Positions 51,026 to 63,550 of a stretch of 64,000 nucleotides of DNA are shown here, in pieces (the first letter of the stretch is position 1; every line of letters begins with the position of its first letter). The notes under the pieces are model-generated. The model was not told where the DNA came from and ran no database searches. It saw nothing but the letters and a program-made list of their open reading frames with translations. This DNA is from Isurus oxyrinchus (lineage: Eukaryota). The DNA is taken from positions 156,178,001-156,242,000 of the forward strand of contig JANJGN010000003.1 in assembly GCA_026770705.1 (NCBI GenBank), given 5' to 3'. The position numbers and the translations under genes were made by a program.

Positions 51026-53789
51026 CCTGTCTTCTGACAGCAGTTCTGGGCTGGAAACACAGAGGTGTGTGTGCAGCTGCACATTAAGCATGGTGCCCGG
51101 CGTGAGGAAGTGGCACAGTGATGGCATGGTGGGCGAATGAGAGCCCAACCACCAGGGATCTGACGTGTTTCCTGGGAATGCATAATTAATGCAGCATGAG
51201 AAGCCACCATTGAGGCTGGCGGGTAAACCATCATTTACCCTGCCTGCTACTGCACTTAGTGCAAATCTGGATGATTCCACCATCTTGTGCAATAACTTTT
51301 TATGTGGCACCTTATCAAATGCCTTTGGGAAATCCAAAAACACTACATCTACTGGTTACCCTTTATCCACCATGTTCACTCTACCTGATTGTATACCAAT
51401 TTTCTAAATGCCTTCCTACTACTTCCTCGATAGTGAAGTCTTGCATTAAATCAATGATAGACATTAAGCTGCTTAGCCTATAGTTTTCTGCTTTCTGCCT
51501 TCCTCCTTTCATGAACAGAGGTGTTATATTTGTAGTTTTGCAATCTGCTGGGACATTTCCAGAATCTAGGGAACTTTGGAAGATTACAACCAATGCATCC
51601 ACTGTTTCTGCAGCCATTTCTTATAAGACCCTAGGATGCAGGCCATCAGGTCCATGGGAAAACCATTAGTTTTCCTAGTACTTCTTCTCTAATGATCATG
51701 ATCGTTTTAAGTTCCTCCCTCCCTTTTGCTCCCTCTGATTCTGCTTTATGAAGTCTCTCACTGGGCTATAAAAACTTGCAATAAAGAGTTGTTGATTCTT
51801 ATAAACAGCACAACTGAAATGACGGAAGAGCGGCAGCAATAGCAGCAGCAGCATGTTACTTTGCTGTAGTGCCCCTCATATTCAAAAGAATATGTTGGAG
51901 CACTTTACAAATAGGAATCAGGAGGAAATTGAAGCTAGAGCTTTGTAGGAAGAGTATGGGAAAACATCAGTGCAGACTAGGGTCTCCAGCTATCTTTAAA
52001 AGCAGAGAGGGAGGTGATAAGGAGGAGATATTGAGACAGTTTGAATGGGCAGATCCAGGGAGGTTGAAGGAGCAGCTGCCAACAGTGAAGTGCAGCACTT
52101 GGAGTAACACAGAAAGCCATGGGGCATCACTAAGGTAGGGCTAAGATAGGGTAGGATGGAACCATAATGAATGTTAAAGCAAGAACAAGCATCCTAAAGT
52201 TTACTGGAGGTTGGCAAATACGGGCATGATTAAGAATGTGAGAATGTAGCCATGTTGTATAAGGAAAGACACAGACTGTAGCAGCCTAGATGACTTGTGG
52301 TTTTTGTTGAATGGAATTTGGGAGTTTGGATGAGTATGACACAGGAGAAGTAAAGCTGTGGGTTAAAGTTTTGGCAGAAAATGACAGATGTGGAGGGAAG
52401 GGGCAAGTGGGTAATGTTTTGGAGGCGTTGAGTGTTGAAGAAAGATGTTAGTGATGATAAGGTGTGGGAATGAAATCTGAGCTCAGGGTCCAGCAGTCCA
52501 CTGAGATTCCACAATTCTCATCTTAAACTGAAGAGGCAAACAGGGAGATTGATTGAATCAAGGCCAGAAGTGTGTAAGCGTTGTAAAAACCAAAGAGAAT
52601 GGTCTCAGTTTTGTTACCATTTAACTGGAGGAAGTTTAAGAGATGAGTCCACAAAATGGTGTCTTGCAATTCAGCCCAAATTTGTCAGTTTGTGTTTTAA
52701 ATGTTTGCTTTTTGTAAACTTTGCCACTTTAAAGTTCGGTGTAATGTAATGTATTGAAGGCTGTCCAGAGATGTCAATCTTTACGCAAGAGGACAAAATA
52801 ATTTTCTTTATCAGTTACCCAGAAGGAAGGATTGCTTTTATATGCATTCTTATAGACAGAGGCACTAACTTTAACTTTTAGTGATGGCGTAAAATGAACG
52901 ATATTGGATTGGCTATTCAACACACAGTTTGTTCAACTTTTAGTTGCATCGACTTTACCAGAGGGTAAAATTGGGTTCGTTGTATAACAGGTGCCACATC
53001 CAAAATTGTAGTATAAAGGATTGATGCTAAATGTGATGTATGGTTTGCATCGTCAGTGGCGTGGGATCATGTGTCAACAGAACATGGAGAGAGATAGTTC
53101 TATGCAGAACCTAGTACCGAGACTATAATGTACATAGTTAATATAATGTTCAATAAAAGGTTGTTTGCCAACAGCCTTGCCTCCAGCAGTATCTGTAAGT
53201 CCAGATCATGAACAAACCTATTTAAGACCCACAACGATGTTAACAGACAGTGACGGAGGAAAACACAATGAAAGAAGCAACCAGTGAAGAGCCCAGCAAG
53301 TGGAAGGAGCAGCAAGAGAAACAACTGCAGGGCAACGACAGTGGCATCGTCAACCAAAATCTAGAAAAGGCTACAATAAAGGGGAACCATGGAGAGAATC
53401 CAACCTTTACTAGAGTGCTTCAATCATGCGGAAGGTCCAGATCACGCCGAGAAGTGGCATAACTGGCATTGCAGGTTTACCAGAAGAGCTTTGAGACTAG
53501 CAGAGAAGACCAGCAAGGAACAGGTCACAATAGATAGTAGTGCAGACGTTGTAATTGTCAGACAGGGAATAAATGAAGACATGGTGAAATATGAAGAAGT
53601 TAGCAAAGCCTTTGGCACTTATTTTAATCTTCGAAGAAACATCTTTATAGAAGGGGAGAAGTTCAAGAGATGATATGAGCGAGCATAGATTCCCTCATTA
53701 ATGATTTATGCCCAATCGCTGGATTCAGGGGTACTGAAAGATGAATTAATTCAGGATGACATTGTTGTAGGAGTCTAAGACAAGACTTT

Positions 53790-55041
53790 GGGTGGAATTT
53801 TCTGTACCCATTGGCATCGGACGTCATGGCAGGCGTGAGCGGTCAATATAGTGAGAAGGCCAAAAATCAGTTTCTCGACATCGTGAAGCCAGTTTGCAAT
53901 CATCCGCTCAGCCCGACAATGGCGGGCCGCTTTTCCTGCTGCTGGACGTTGGGAGCTTCATTTTAATACATCTGCATATCATTATAAGCTCTGCTTGCCA
54001 GAATTATCCCCCCATGGTGGATCATCCAGGCATGTTGGCAGGATTGCACACTGGTGTGTTTCCTCACTAAACATAAGCAACATGCACGTGGTGGGCTGCA
54101 TTTCACTCGGGATTTTGAGGTTTGTTTGCCTACCTTGCTTCAGTCAGCATTCGCAGTCATCAGCGCCAGGCTTCACAGGCAGAACCACATCACTCTTGGA
54201 GAGGCTCATGGTCAGGTCTCTGCTTATGAAACCAGCTGTAAGGCAGGGGTAGCTTTTCAACTGGGTGGCTGCAGGGCTATGGGATGCTTGGGGAATGGGG
54301 AGAACTGGTCTCAGCCAAGGGGAGAGGCTGCAGGGCTAGGGCTGTACTGGAGAAAGGGGTATCCCAGGGGGTGTGTGTGTGGGGACACATGTTGATCTGT
54401 GCAAGTGGCTTCAAGAGGGTGAGGGCTGAGGAGGCAGCCTCCACAGGAGATGAGGCCAGATGGAGATGTGAGAGTGTGTGTGAGAGACTGAATAGTGATG
54501 AGTTTAAAGCAATGGGATGGTTGCCTTACCGTGGCAGCACAGATGAGATCATACACCCTCTTTCTGCACTGGGTGCTGAACCTTTTCTGTGCAGCGTTGC
54601 CACCACTGACCACCTCTGCCACCACCTCCCAAGCCAGAGTAGTGACACTGATGAGCCTCCTGCAGCCAGAGCAGGGTTGAGGACATGGCAGCAGGCTCCA
54701 ACAGTGTCCACAAGGTATCACTGGGGTGCATTTCTGAATCAGGGGCTGCAGTCTTCTGGTCTTTTGGGGCCGTGTCTTCTGTGCAGTGGTCCTGGGGTGG
54801 AATCAGGGAGAGGTATGCACGCAGCTGCACTTAAAATGTGGCGCCTGGCATGAGGAAGCGGCAAGGTGGCAGCTTGGCAGGCGAATCGGAGGCTGCTCAC
54901 CAGCGAAATGGCGTGTTTCCCGGGAATGCATGATTAATGAGGTAGGATGGGGATGAAAACGCGCCATTGCGGCCAGCGGGTAACACGTCCTATTTCCTAC
55001 CTGCTACCACACTCTGTGCAGATCTGGGACAATTCCATCCC
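53790..55041 (-). mobile_element. Non-autonomous Harbinger deletion derivative with Myb exon 1, inserted in Gypsy gag
   Basis: GGGTGGAATTTT...CAATTCCATCCC flanked by TTT/TTA; encodes TLAWEVVAEVVSGGNAAQKRFSTQCRKRVYDLICAAT|gtaagg. Confidence 0.88.
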
Positions 55042-55678
55042 TTATCAGATCTTGAGGGAAGGTTTGACCCTTTCGAAGGCTATGCAGTTAACAAGGCAGG
55101 CAGAAGTGAGAAAGCAAAACCAGGTTTTTATTCGAGGTAAGAAAGAAATCTCGTGGGAGAAAAGTGTCTGAGTCAGTGCAGATTGTAGCACGTAGAAGTA
55201 ACGGTGCACCTAATCTAAAACAGAGGAAGAGTGAAGGAGGCGTGGTGGCTACCATTATGCATGTTCTCATTGTGGTGGGAAAAGCCTGCATTGGCACAAA
55301 GAATGCATCGCCATTCCTGCGAGAAGAGAGGCCATTTTAAATCAGTTTTCCAAGCAAAAAGCTCATCATACAAAAATTAAAGGAGAAAAAACAAAGATCA
55401 TCTAATAAGTTGAAGAAGAGAAAGATCATGAAATGCCCATTCTTTAGAGAAATTACAGGATCAAATGGGAACTACTGGAGCACAAACATTACGGTCAATG
55501 TACACGAAACTAACTTCAAATCAGATGTTGGAATGAGAATTTCAATTCTTTCAGATACAGAACGGAACTGTTAAAACCAGACTTCCTGCAGCCATTGACC
55601 ATAAGGCTTCATGGTCCAGGAGGCATTCAGTTGAAGGTCAAGGGAAAGTGGCTGCCAAATGTTAGTACAAAGGAAGAG

Positions 55679-58600
55679 GTGATGGCCTAGTGCTCTTGAT
55701 GCTGGACTAGTAATCCAGAGATGCAGGATAATGCTCTGGGGAATTAAAAGTCTAATGTTGATCATGAAACCATTGCTGATTGTCATAAAAATCCATCTGG
55801 TTCACTAATGCCCTTTAGGGAAGGAAATCTGCCGTCTGGCCTATATGTGACCCCAGACCCACAGCAATGTGGTTGACTCTGAAATGGCCTAGCAAGCCAT
55901 TTTTATTTGTCAGTTGTAACAAACTGCTACAAAGTCACAAAAAAGGAATGAAACCAGATGAACCACCTGGCATCAACCTCGGCACAGGGAACGACAACGG
56001 CAATCTCAGTTCTGTCGACTCTGCAAAGTCCTGCTTACTAACGTCCGGGCACTAGTGCCAAAGTTGGGAGAGCTGTCTCACAGACTCCCCACAGAATCAT
56101 ATCTTATAGATAATGTCCCACACACCACCATCACCATCCCTGCTGGTGGGGCAGGACATACCCAGCAGAGGTGGAGGCACAGTGGTATACAGTCGGGAGG
56201 GAGTTGCCCTGGGAGTCCTCAACATTGAGTCCAGACCTCACGAAGCCTCCCTCAGTCCAGGGTGGCAAAGGCGCAGAATGTACTCCGGATGGGGACTTCA
56301 ACGTCCATCACCAAGAGTGGCTCGGTAGCACCACCACTGGCCAAGTCCTAAAGGACATAGCTGCTAGACTTGGTCTGCGGCAGGTGGTGAGGGAAAAACA
56401 TACTTGACCTCATCCTCACCAACCTGCCTGCCTCAGATACATCTGTCCATGATAATATTGGTAGGAGTGACCACCGCACAATTGTTGTGGCGATGAAGTT
56501 CCACCTTCACATTGAGAATACCCTCCATTGTGTTGTGTGGCACTACCATAGTGCTAAATGGGATGGATTTCGAACAGATCAAGCAACTCAAGTCTGGACA
56601 TCCATGAGGCACTGTGGGCCATCAACAGGAGCAGAATTGTACTCAAACACAATCTGTAACCTCATGGCCCAGCATATCCCCCACCATACCATTACTTTCA
56701 AGCCAGGGGATCAACCCCGGTTCAATGAAGAGTGCAGGAGGGCACCAGGAGGAGCAGCACCAGGTATACCTAAAAATGAGGTGTCAACCTGGTGAAGCTA
56801 TAAAACAGGACTACTTGCATGCCAAACAGCATAAGCAGAAAGTGATAGACAGGGCTAAGCGATCCCACAACCTATGGATCAGAACTAAACTCTGCAGTCC
56901 TTCCACATCCACTCGTGAATGGTGGTTAAACAAATAAACAACTCACTGGAGGAGGAAACTCCACAAATATCCCCATCCTCAATGATGGAGGAGCCCAGCA
57001 CATCACTGCAAAGGGTAAGGCTGAAGCATTTGCTACAATCTTCAGTCAGAGGAGCTGAGTGGATGATCCCTATCTGCCTCCTTTGGCACCACAGATGCCA
57101 GTCTTCAGCCAATTTAATTCATTCTACATGATATCAAGAAATGGCTGAAGGCACTGGATAGTGCAAAGGCTATGGGCCCTGACAATATTTTGGCAATAGC
57201 ACTGAAGGCTTGTGCTCCAGAAGTTGCCACACCCCTAGTCAAGCTGTACCAGCACAGCTGCAACACTGACATCTACCCAGCTATGTGGAAAATTGCCCAA
57301 GTATGTCTTGTACACAAAAAGCAGGACAATACAACCCGGCCAATTACTGCCCCATCAGTCTACTCACGATCATCAGTAAAGTAATGGAAGGGTCTTCAAC
57401 AGTGCTATCGAGCGGCACTTGCTTAACAATAACCTGCTCACTGACACTCCTGACCTCATTACAGCCTTGCTTTAAACATGGACAAAAGAGCGGAACTCTC
57501 AAGGTGAGGTAAGAGTGACTGCCCTTAACATCAAGGCTGCATTTACCTGAGTGTGGCATCAAGGAGCCCCAGCAAAACTGGAGCAATGGCAATCGGGGTG
57601 GGGGGTGGGGGGGAACTATCTGCTGATTGGAGTCATACCTAGCACAAAGGAAGATGGTTGTGGTTGTTGGAGGTCAGCCATCTCAGCTCCTGGACATCAC
57701 TGCAAGAGTTCATCAGGGTAGTGTCCTCGGCCCAAACATCTTCAGCTGCTTTATCAATGACCTTGACCTTCCTTCCATCATAAGGTCAGAAGTGGAGATG
57801 TTCGCTGATGATTGCACAATGTTCAGCACCATTCACGACTCCTCAGACACTGAAGCAGTCCATGTCCAAATGCAGCAAGACCTGGACAACGTCCAGGCTT
57901 GGGCTGACAAGTGGCAAGTAACATTCACGCCCCACAAGTGCCAGACAATGATTATCTCCAACAAGAGAGAATCTAACCATCGCTCCTTGAAATTCAATAG
58001 CAAACCTATCACTGAATCCTCCACTATCAACATCCTGGGGGTTACCATTGACCAGAAACTGAATTGGACTAGCCATTTAAATACTGTGGTTACAAGAGCA
58101 GGTTAGAGGCTTGGAATCCTGTGATGAGTAACTCACCTCCTTACCCCCCAAAGCTTGTCCACCATCTACAAGGCATAAGTTAGGAGTGTGATAAACTATT
58201 CCCCGGTTGCCTGGATGAATGCAGTTCCCACAACACTGAAAAAGCTTGACACCGTCCAGGACAAAGCAGCCCACTTGATAGGCACCGTATCCACAAACGT
58301 TCACTCTGTCCACCACCGATGCACAGTAGCAGCAGTGTGTACCATCTACAAGGTGCATTACAGGAATCCAACAAGACTCCTTAGACAGCACCTTCCAAAC
58401 GCACTACCACTACCATCTAGAAGGACAAGGGCAGCAAATTGATGGAAACACCACCACCTGGAAGTTCCCCTCCAAGTCACTCAGCATCCTAACTTGAAAA
58501 TATGTTAATGTTCCTTCACTGTCGCTGGGTCAAATTCCTGGAACTCCCTCGCTAGCAGCACTGTGGGTGTACCTACACCACATGGGCTGCAGCGGATCAA

Positions 58601-58699
58601 GAAAGCAGCTCACCACCAGCTTCTCAAGGGAAGGTAGAGATGGGCAATAAATGCTGGCCTGGCCAGTGAAGCCCACATCCTGTGAATGAATAAAAATAA
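55679..58699 (+). mobile_element. Near full-length LINE-A: tRNA/SINE-like head followed by a single APE-RT ORF (decayed)
   Basis: APE motifs RGGGTVVY, GDFNVHH, LDLILTN, GRSDH; RT motifs HQGSVLGPNIFSCFINDL and MFADDCTMF; possible TSD AAGAG (55674-55678 / 58700-58704). The Gypsy protease reads through when the insert is removed. Confidence 0.92.
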
Positions 58700-58789
58700 A
58701 AGAGAAATCACAGGTATTTTGTATGTGATCCAAAAGCAAAAATATTCATTATTAAGTTGAAAAGCCTGCACTCATCTATAAAGTACATT

Positions 58790-59430
58790 GGGCAGGATTT
58801 TTACCTCACTGGGCGGGAGCATCAGGTGGGCCTGGAACCGGTTGCGAAGCCACCCGCCACCCACCAGCTCCAATCAGGCCTCAACATTAACGGCTAGCCA
58901 GCATGAAACGTGCGCTACAACGCTGAGTGCTGCTGGGGTTGGGGCAGGTGGAGGGCAAGCGTGGAAGTTTGTGTATGCACCCGAGTGCGCGCATTGAAAG
59001 CTCTCTGAGGCTCAGAGCTGCCTCAGGGAGCTGAAGGTTTTTAAAATAAAAAATAAAAAACTTACAAATGTTAAAAACATGTCCCATGTGACTTCATGAG
59101 CAGGGACATATTATAAATGACATTTCACGATTTAAAAACATTTTTAATTCCTATTGGAACCGCATCCTGTCCGTGGATGAGGCTTCATAAAAAATCCAAA
59201 GGCCGCCTAGCTGATTCATCTGTCTGCCAACCAAAAGGTTGGATGGGCAGTGAGAAATTGAATGCAATTAATACTTTAATGGCCTTAACAGGCCAATTAA
59301 TTGTCGGCAGGAGTGCTGCTGACTCCCACATGCCCCTGCGAACCGAAATATCACGCGAGTGCACGATGACGTCGGGACCCTCGCCTGAACTCATCATTGC
59401 ATCATTTTACATTTGCATTGGTCAGGCGTC
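58790..59430. mobile_element. Harbinger MITE family M1, right end truncated
   Basis: Starts GGGCAGGATTTT; collinear with 27631-28247. Confidence 0.8.
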
Positions 59431-59458
59431 CATGAATTGGAAAACCTTGAGAAACCCA

Positions 59459-59734
59459 GGCAGAAGATTTCCTGGGCCTGAATCTTCCATTTGGCCTGCG
59501 AGGGCGGGCCCTGCACGCCAACGCATAAAATGAAGTGTGGTGACGTCCGGCGTGCGTCCCGATGTCACCGCACGTCATTCCGATCTTCAGGTAGCGCTTC
59601 CGGCTGTGCGTCACACCGGGCGGGCCTTAATTGGCCCGCCCACGTAAAATGGCGGTGTGCAGCCGATCACGGGCAGCAATCAGCTTCGTGCCCACTCCTG
59701 CACAGCCCGCCCAACGAGGAGAAAATTCTCCCCC
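59459..59734. mobile_element. Short, internally deleted M1-type MITE
   Basis: Ends GAGAAAATTCTCCCCC; CpG-rich; both halves match the ends of 60893-61438. Confidence 0.7.
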
Positions 59735-60359
59735 TGGGAACAACAGGTGAAGAAGCCGGACAAAACTGGCCAAGGCACACAACAAACAACAGCAGATGCA
59801 TTGTCATGCATTCCTGTTGAGAAGCCTGAACAGGAGGACAGAAGTCTTGTTGAGGAGACACAGTCATATACCTCATAGACTACAAAATTCCTACCAGCAC
59901 AAAAAGCAGATGAAGATTGTGCTAAAATTAGAAAATACTACTAAAAAAATGGCCAGAATATGTTCCAAACAAGCTCATCCAGGAAAGTAAATAATGTATT
60001 TATTGGAGTCGGAGACTTGGGGGGAGAAGTAGTATCAAGGTGGGTGGAAAATCCAGAGGGGGGGTGTGGGATGAGTCTGGTGGGCTGGCGTTATAATGGT
60101 TTGCTGATATATTACAATGACGTTCCCAACGTCCGATGGCAGGGAATGCGGCCTGCCATCGGTGGGCTGAGCGGATGATCACAAACTTCTTCACGACATA
60201 GTGAACCCAATTTTTGGCCTTCTCTATTGTCCACTCATGCCACAGAACACGCCCGACACCAGCGGGCACAGAAGATTCCAGCCCCAGAGTTTTAACCATC
60301 CCATTGCCTAAAGTATTCATTGTACATTGGGAAATTTGGTTTGATAGAAGTGTTCATCA

Positions 60360-60700
60360 CCATGAGGGGTCTAGACAGAGTAGATAGAGAAACTGTTCCG
60401 TTTGATGGAGAGGGTGAGAATTGGAGGACATATATCAAAGGTGATCGACAAAAGAACCAAAGTTAACATAAGGAATCTTTTTTTAATGCAGTGAGTGGTT
60501 AGGATCTGGAATGCTTTGCTTGAAAGTGTGATGGAGGCAGATTCAACTGTGGCTTTCAAAAGGGAATTGGATAATTATCTGGAGAGAAAGATCTGCAGGG
60601 TTTCAGTGTAAGAAGTGAGTCTAGCTCAATTGGTCTCGCAGAGTGCCAGTGCGGAATTGATGGGCCAAATGACTTCCTTCTATACTATAACCATTTAATA
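60360..60700 (+). mobile_element. CR1 3' fragment
   Basis: atgaggggtctagacagagtagatagagaaactgttcc..gtggttaggatctggaatgc..gggccaaatgacttccttct. Confidence 0.75.
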
Positions 60701-60892
60701 ATTCTGACAGTTATGGATGGCCTATTACATATTAATTAAAAGAAAAACAGTAAAGACACAGTAGAAGCAACAAAGACTAGATGCATATAAGTTCTGTACA
60801 GTAGAACTTGCCAATGACAATGTCCAATGTTGAACTAAGTCCAGTTTACAATAAAATCTATTCCTCTTGCATAGACACAAAAGAAACTTCAA

Positions 60893-61438
60893 GGCCAGAA
60901 TCTTCGGGTCGGCGTGCAGGGCTTGCCGACACATAAAATGATGCGTTGTGACGTCAGGCGTGTGTCCCGACGTCACCGCGCGTCATTCAGATCTTCAGTT
61001 TGGCGGGCGCGCACCAGAGTCAGCTGCGCGTCAGCCAAACTATCAAAGGCCTATTAAAGCCATTTAAGTATCAATTGAAAGAATTAACAGAGCTGCCCGT
61101 CCAGCCTTAAGGCCGCCTTCGCATTTATCATGAAACCTCATCTGCGGGCGGGATGATGTTTCTTGAAGGTTTTTAAACTTTAATAAAAATTTTAATTAAA
61201 TTCATAGACATGTCCCAGCTCAAGTTTTTGAAATCTTTTATTGACTTTTTGATAATGAAATTAATTTCCCTGAAACACGGAGCTGCCTCAAGGAGATTTT
61301 TGCGCTCTTTCATGCGCACGGAGTGCTCAGCGTTTCTGGATGCGCGTCACGCTGGGCAGGCCTTAATTGGCCCGCTCCCGTAAAATGGTGGTGCGCTTGC
61401 TCCCACTTAGCACCCCCCGATGGGGAGAAAATTCCCCC
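60893..61438. mobile_element. Harbinger MITE family M1
   Basis: GGCCAGAATCTTC...GAAAATTCCCCC with CAA/CAA TSD. Confidence 0.85.
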
Positions 61439-62095
61439 CAACTACCTGTTATCTAAGGATACAGCTTTTCATCACTATAAGCATATCTGTAAAGAGAACA
61501 AGCAAAAATAAAGAACTTGAACTTTTAAATTCCATGTCATTGATTACAATTGAGAAATTCTAAAACCTTGGTGTTCACACTTTCTCGAAGTCCCTGAAGT
61601 AATACTATTTCTACCGGAAAATATAAAAATCCAAGAAAACAAAGCTTTAAAATTCCCCATATACCTCACAGCCCCAGTATTCTGTTTTGCTTAACAACTC
61701 CATGTATGCGTAAGGGACGGAAGAGGACAAACAATTTCCTGTGTATATTAGATTTCCTGTACTGCTGATTAAGAAGTCAGAATGCAGCAAACCTCACCGG
61801 CATCTTCTGTCAGGTTTATTTCGTGAAAATAAAATGTTTGTATGTTTTGGGAAGCTGCAGGAATTTTCTGGGCTAAAGCCTAAAAACCCAGCCAAATCCT
61901 CAGAAAGTCGCACACGGAAACAATAAAAAATTGCTTCTGCTGTCCCCTCCTCCCCCGAAAATGCTGTGAATCAACAAACTCTCCAGTTGCAGTTAGCCAC
62001 AAGTACAGTGAAGTAAATGTTTTATTGCCTTGAAAATTGAAGTAATAAGCTTTATAATACATATATATATATATAAATATAAAAAAAAAACAAAA

Positions 62096-63550
62096 AGGTC
62101 TGGCAGCATCGGCGGAGAAGAAAAGAGTTGACGTTTCGCGTCCTCATGACCCTTCTACAGAACTTGAGTTCGAGTCCAAGAAAGAATTGAAATATAAGCT
62201 GGTTTAAGGTGTGTGGGGGGGCCGGAGAGAGGGAGAGAGAGAGAAGTGGTGGGGGTGTGTGGTTGTAGGGACAAACAAGCAGTGATAGAAGCAGATCATC
62301 AAAAGATGTCAACAACAATAGAACAAAAGAACACATAGGTGTTAAAGTTGGTGATATTATCTAAACGAATGTGCTAATTAAGAATGGATGGTAGGGCACT
62401 CAAGGTATAGCTCTAGTGGGGGTGGGGAGAGCATAAAAGATTTTAAGATATTTAAAAATAATGGAAATAGGTGGGAAAAGAAAAATCTATATAATTTATT
62501 GGGAAAAAAAGGAAGGGGGAAACAGAAAGGGGGTGGGGATGGGGGAGGGAGCTCACGACCTAAAGTTGTTGAATTCAATATTCAGTCCGGAAGGCTGTAA
62601 AGTGCCTAGTCGGAAGATGAGGTGTTGTTCCTCCAGTTTGCGTTGGGCTTCACTGGAACAATGCAGCAAGCCAAGGACAGACATGTGGGCAAGAGAGCAG
62701 GGTGGAGTGTTAAAATGGCAAGCGACAGGGAGGTTTCAGTCATTCTTGCGGACAGACCGCAGGTGTTCTGCAAAGTGGTCACCAGTTTACGTTTGGTCTC
62801 TCCAATGTCGAGGAGACCACATTGGAAGCAACGAATGCAGTAGACTAAGTTGGGGGAAATGCAAGTGAAATGCTGCTTCACTTGAAAGGAGTGTTTGGCC
62901 CCTTGGACGGTGAGGAGAGAGGAAGTGAAGGGGCAGGTGTTGCATCTTTTGCGTGGGCATGGGGTGGTGCCATAGGAGGGGATTGAGGAGTAGGGGGTGA
63001 TGGAGGAGTGGACCAGGGTGTCCCAGAGGGAGTGATTCCTACGGAATGCCGATAGGGGGAGTGAAGGGAAGATGTGTTTGGTGGTGGCATCATGCTGGAG
63101 TTGGCGGAAATGGCGGAGGATGATCCTTTGAATGCGGAGGCTGGTGGGGTGATAAGTGAGGACAAGAGGGACCTTATCATGTTTCTGGGAGGGAGGAGAA
63201 GGCGTGAGGGCGGATGTGCGGGAGATGGGCCGGACACGGTTGAGGGCCCTGTCAATGACCGTGGGTGGAAAACCTCGGTTAAGGAAGAAGGAGGACATGT
63301 CTACGGAACTGTTTTTGAAGGTGGCATCATCGGAACAGATGCGACGGAAGCGAAGGAACTGAGAGAATGGGATGGAGTCCTTACAGGAAGCGGGGTGTGA
63401 GGAGCTGTAGTCGAGGTAGCTGTGGGAGTCGGTGGGTTTGTAATGGATATTGGTGGACAGTCTATCACCAGAGATTGAGACAGAGAGGTCAAGGAAGGGA
63501 AGGGAAGTGTCAGAGATGGACCACGTGAAAATGATGGAGGGGTGGAGATT
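62096..63550 (-). mobile_element. Penelope-like element (Neptune-like): RT C-terminus, Cys linker, GIY-YIG endonuclease and 3' repeat
   Basis: LPFLDLSVSISGDRLSTNIHYKPTDSHSYLDYSSSHP..IPFSQFLRFRRICSD, PCPRKRCNTC, FTCISPNLVYCIRCFQCGLLDIGETKR (YIG reads DIG, then a frameshift). Confidence 0.93.
62126..62164 (-). ncRNA. Minimal hammerhead-like motif in the PLE 3' repeat
   Basis: AGUU-CUGUAGA-A-GGGUC-AUGAG-GACGC-GAAA-CG-UC-AACU. Confidence 0.65.

Larger units (their letters stand above)
44859..51280 (+). mobile_element. Near-complete, decayed autonomous PIF/Harbinger transposon (~5 kb after removing a CR1 insert)
   Basis: Termini GGGCGGAATTTT...GATGATTCCAC flanked by CAT/CAT; convergent transposase (+) and Myb/SANT (-) genes. 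Confidence 0.9.
42665..51730 (-). mobile_element. CR1 LINE broken into pieces (42665-43345, 43750-43860, 44610-44858, 51281-51730)
   Basis: Collinear RT motifs across the pieces: [55 protein letters not shown]; CR1 tail at 42665. Confidence 0.85.
53070..59985 (+). mobile_element. Fragmented Ty3/Gypsy LTR retrotransposon (gag, protease, pol remnant)
   Basis: gag: W..RF..KEQV..ADVVIVRQGINE..YEEVSKAFGTYFNLRRNIFIE..KFKR, LKDELIQDDIVVGV, LTLSKAMQLTRQAE. Protease-like WSTNITVNVHETNFKSDVG..SILSD, GPGGIQLKVKG..ILYVIQKQKYSLLS*KAC. pol QTTADALSCIP..AQKADEDCAKIRKY at 59780-59980. LTR boundary uncertain. Confidence 0.8.
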
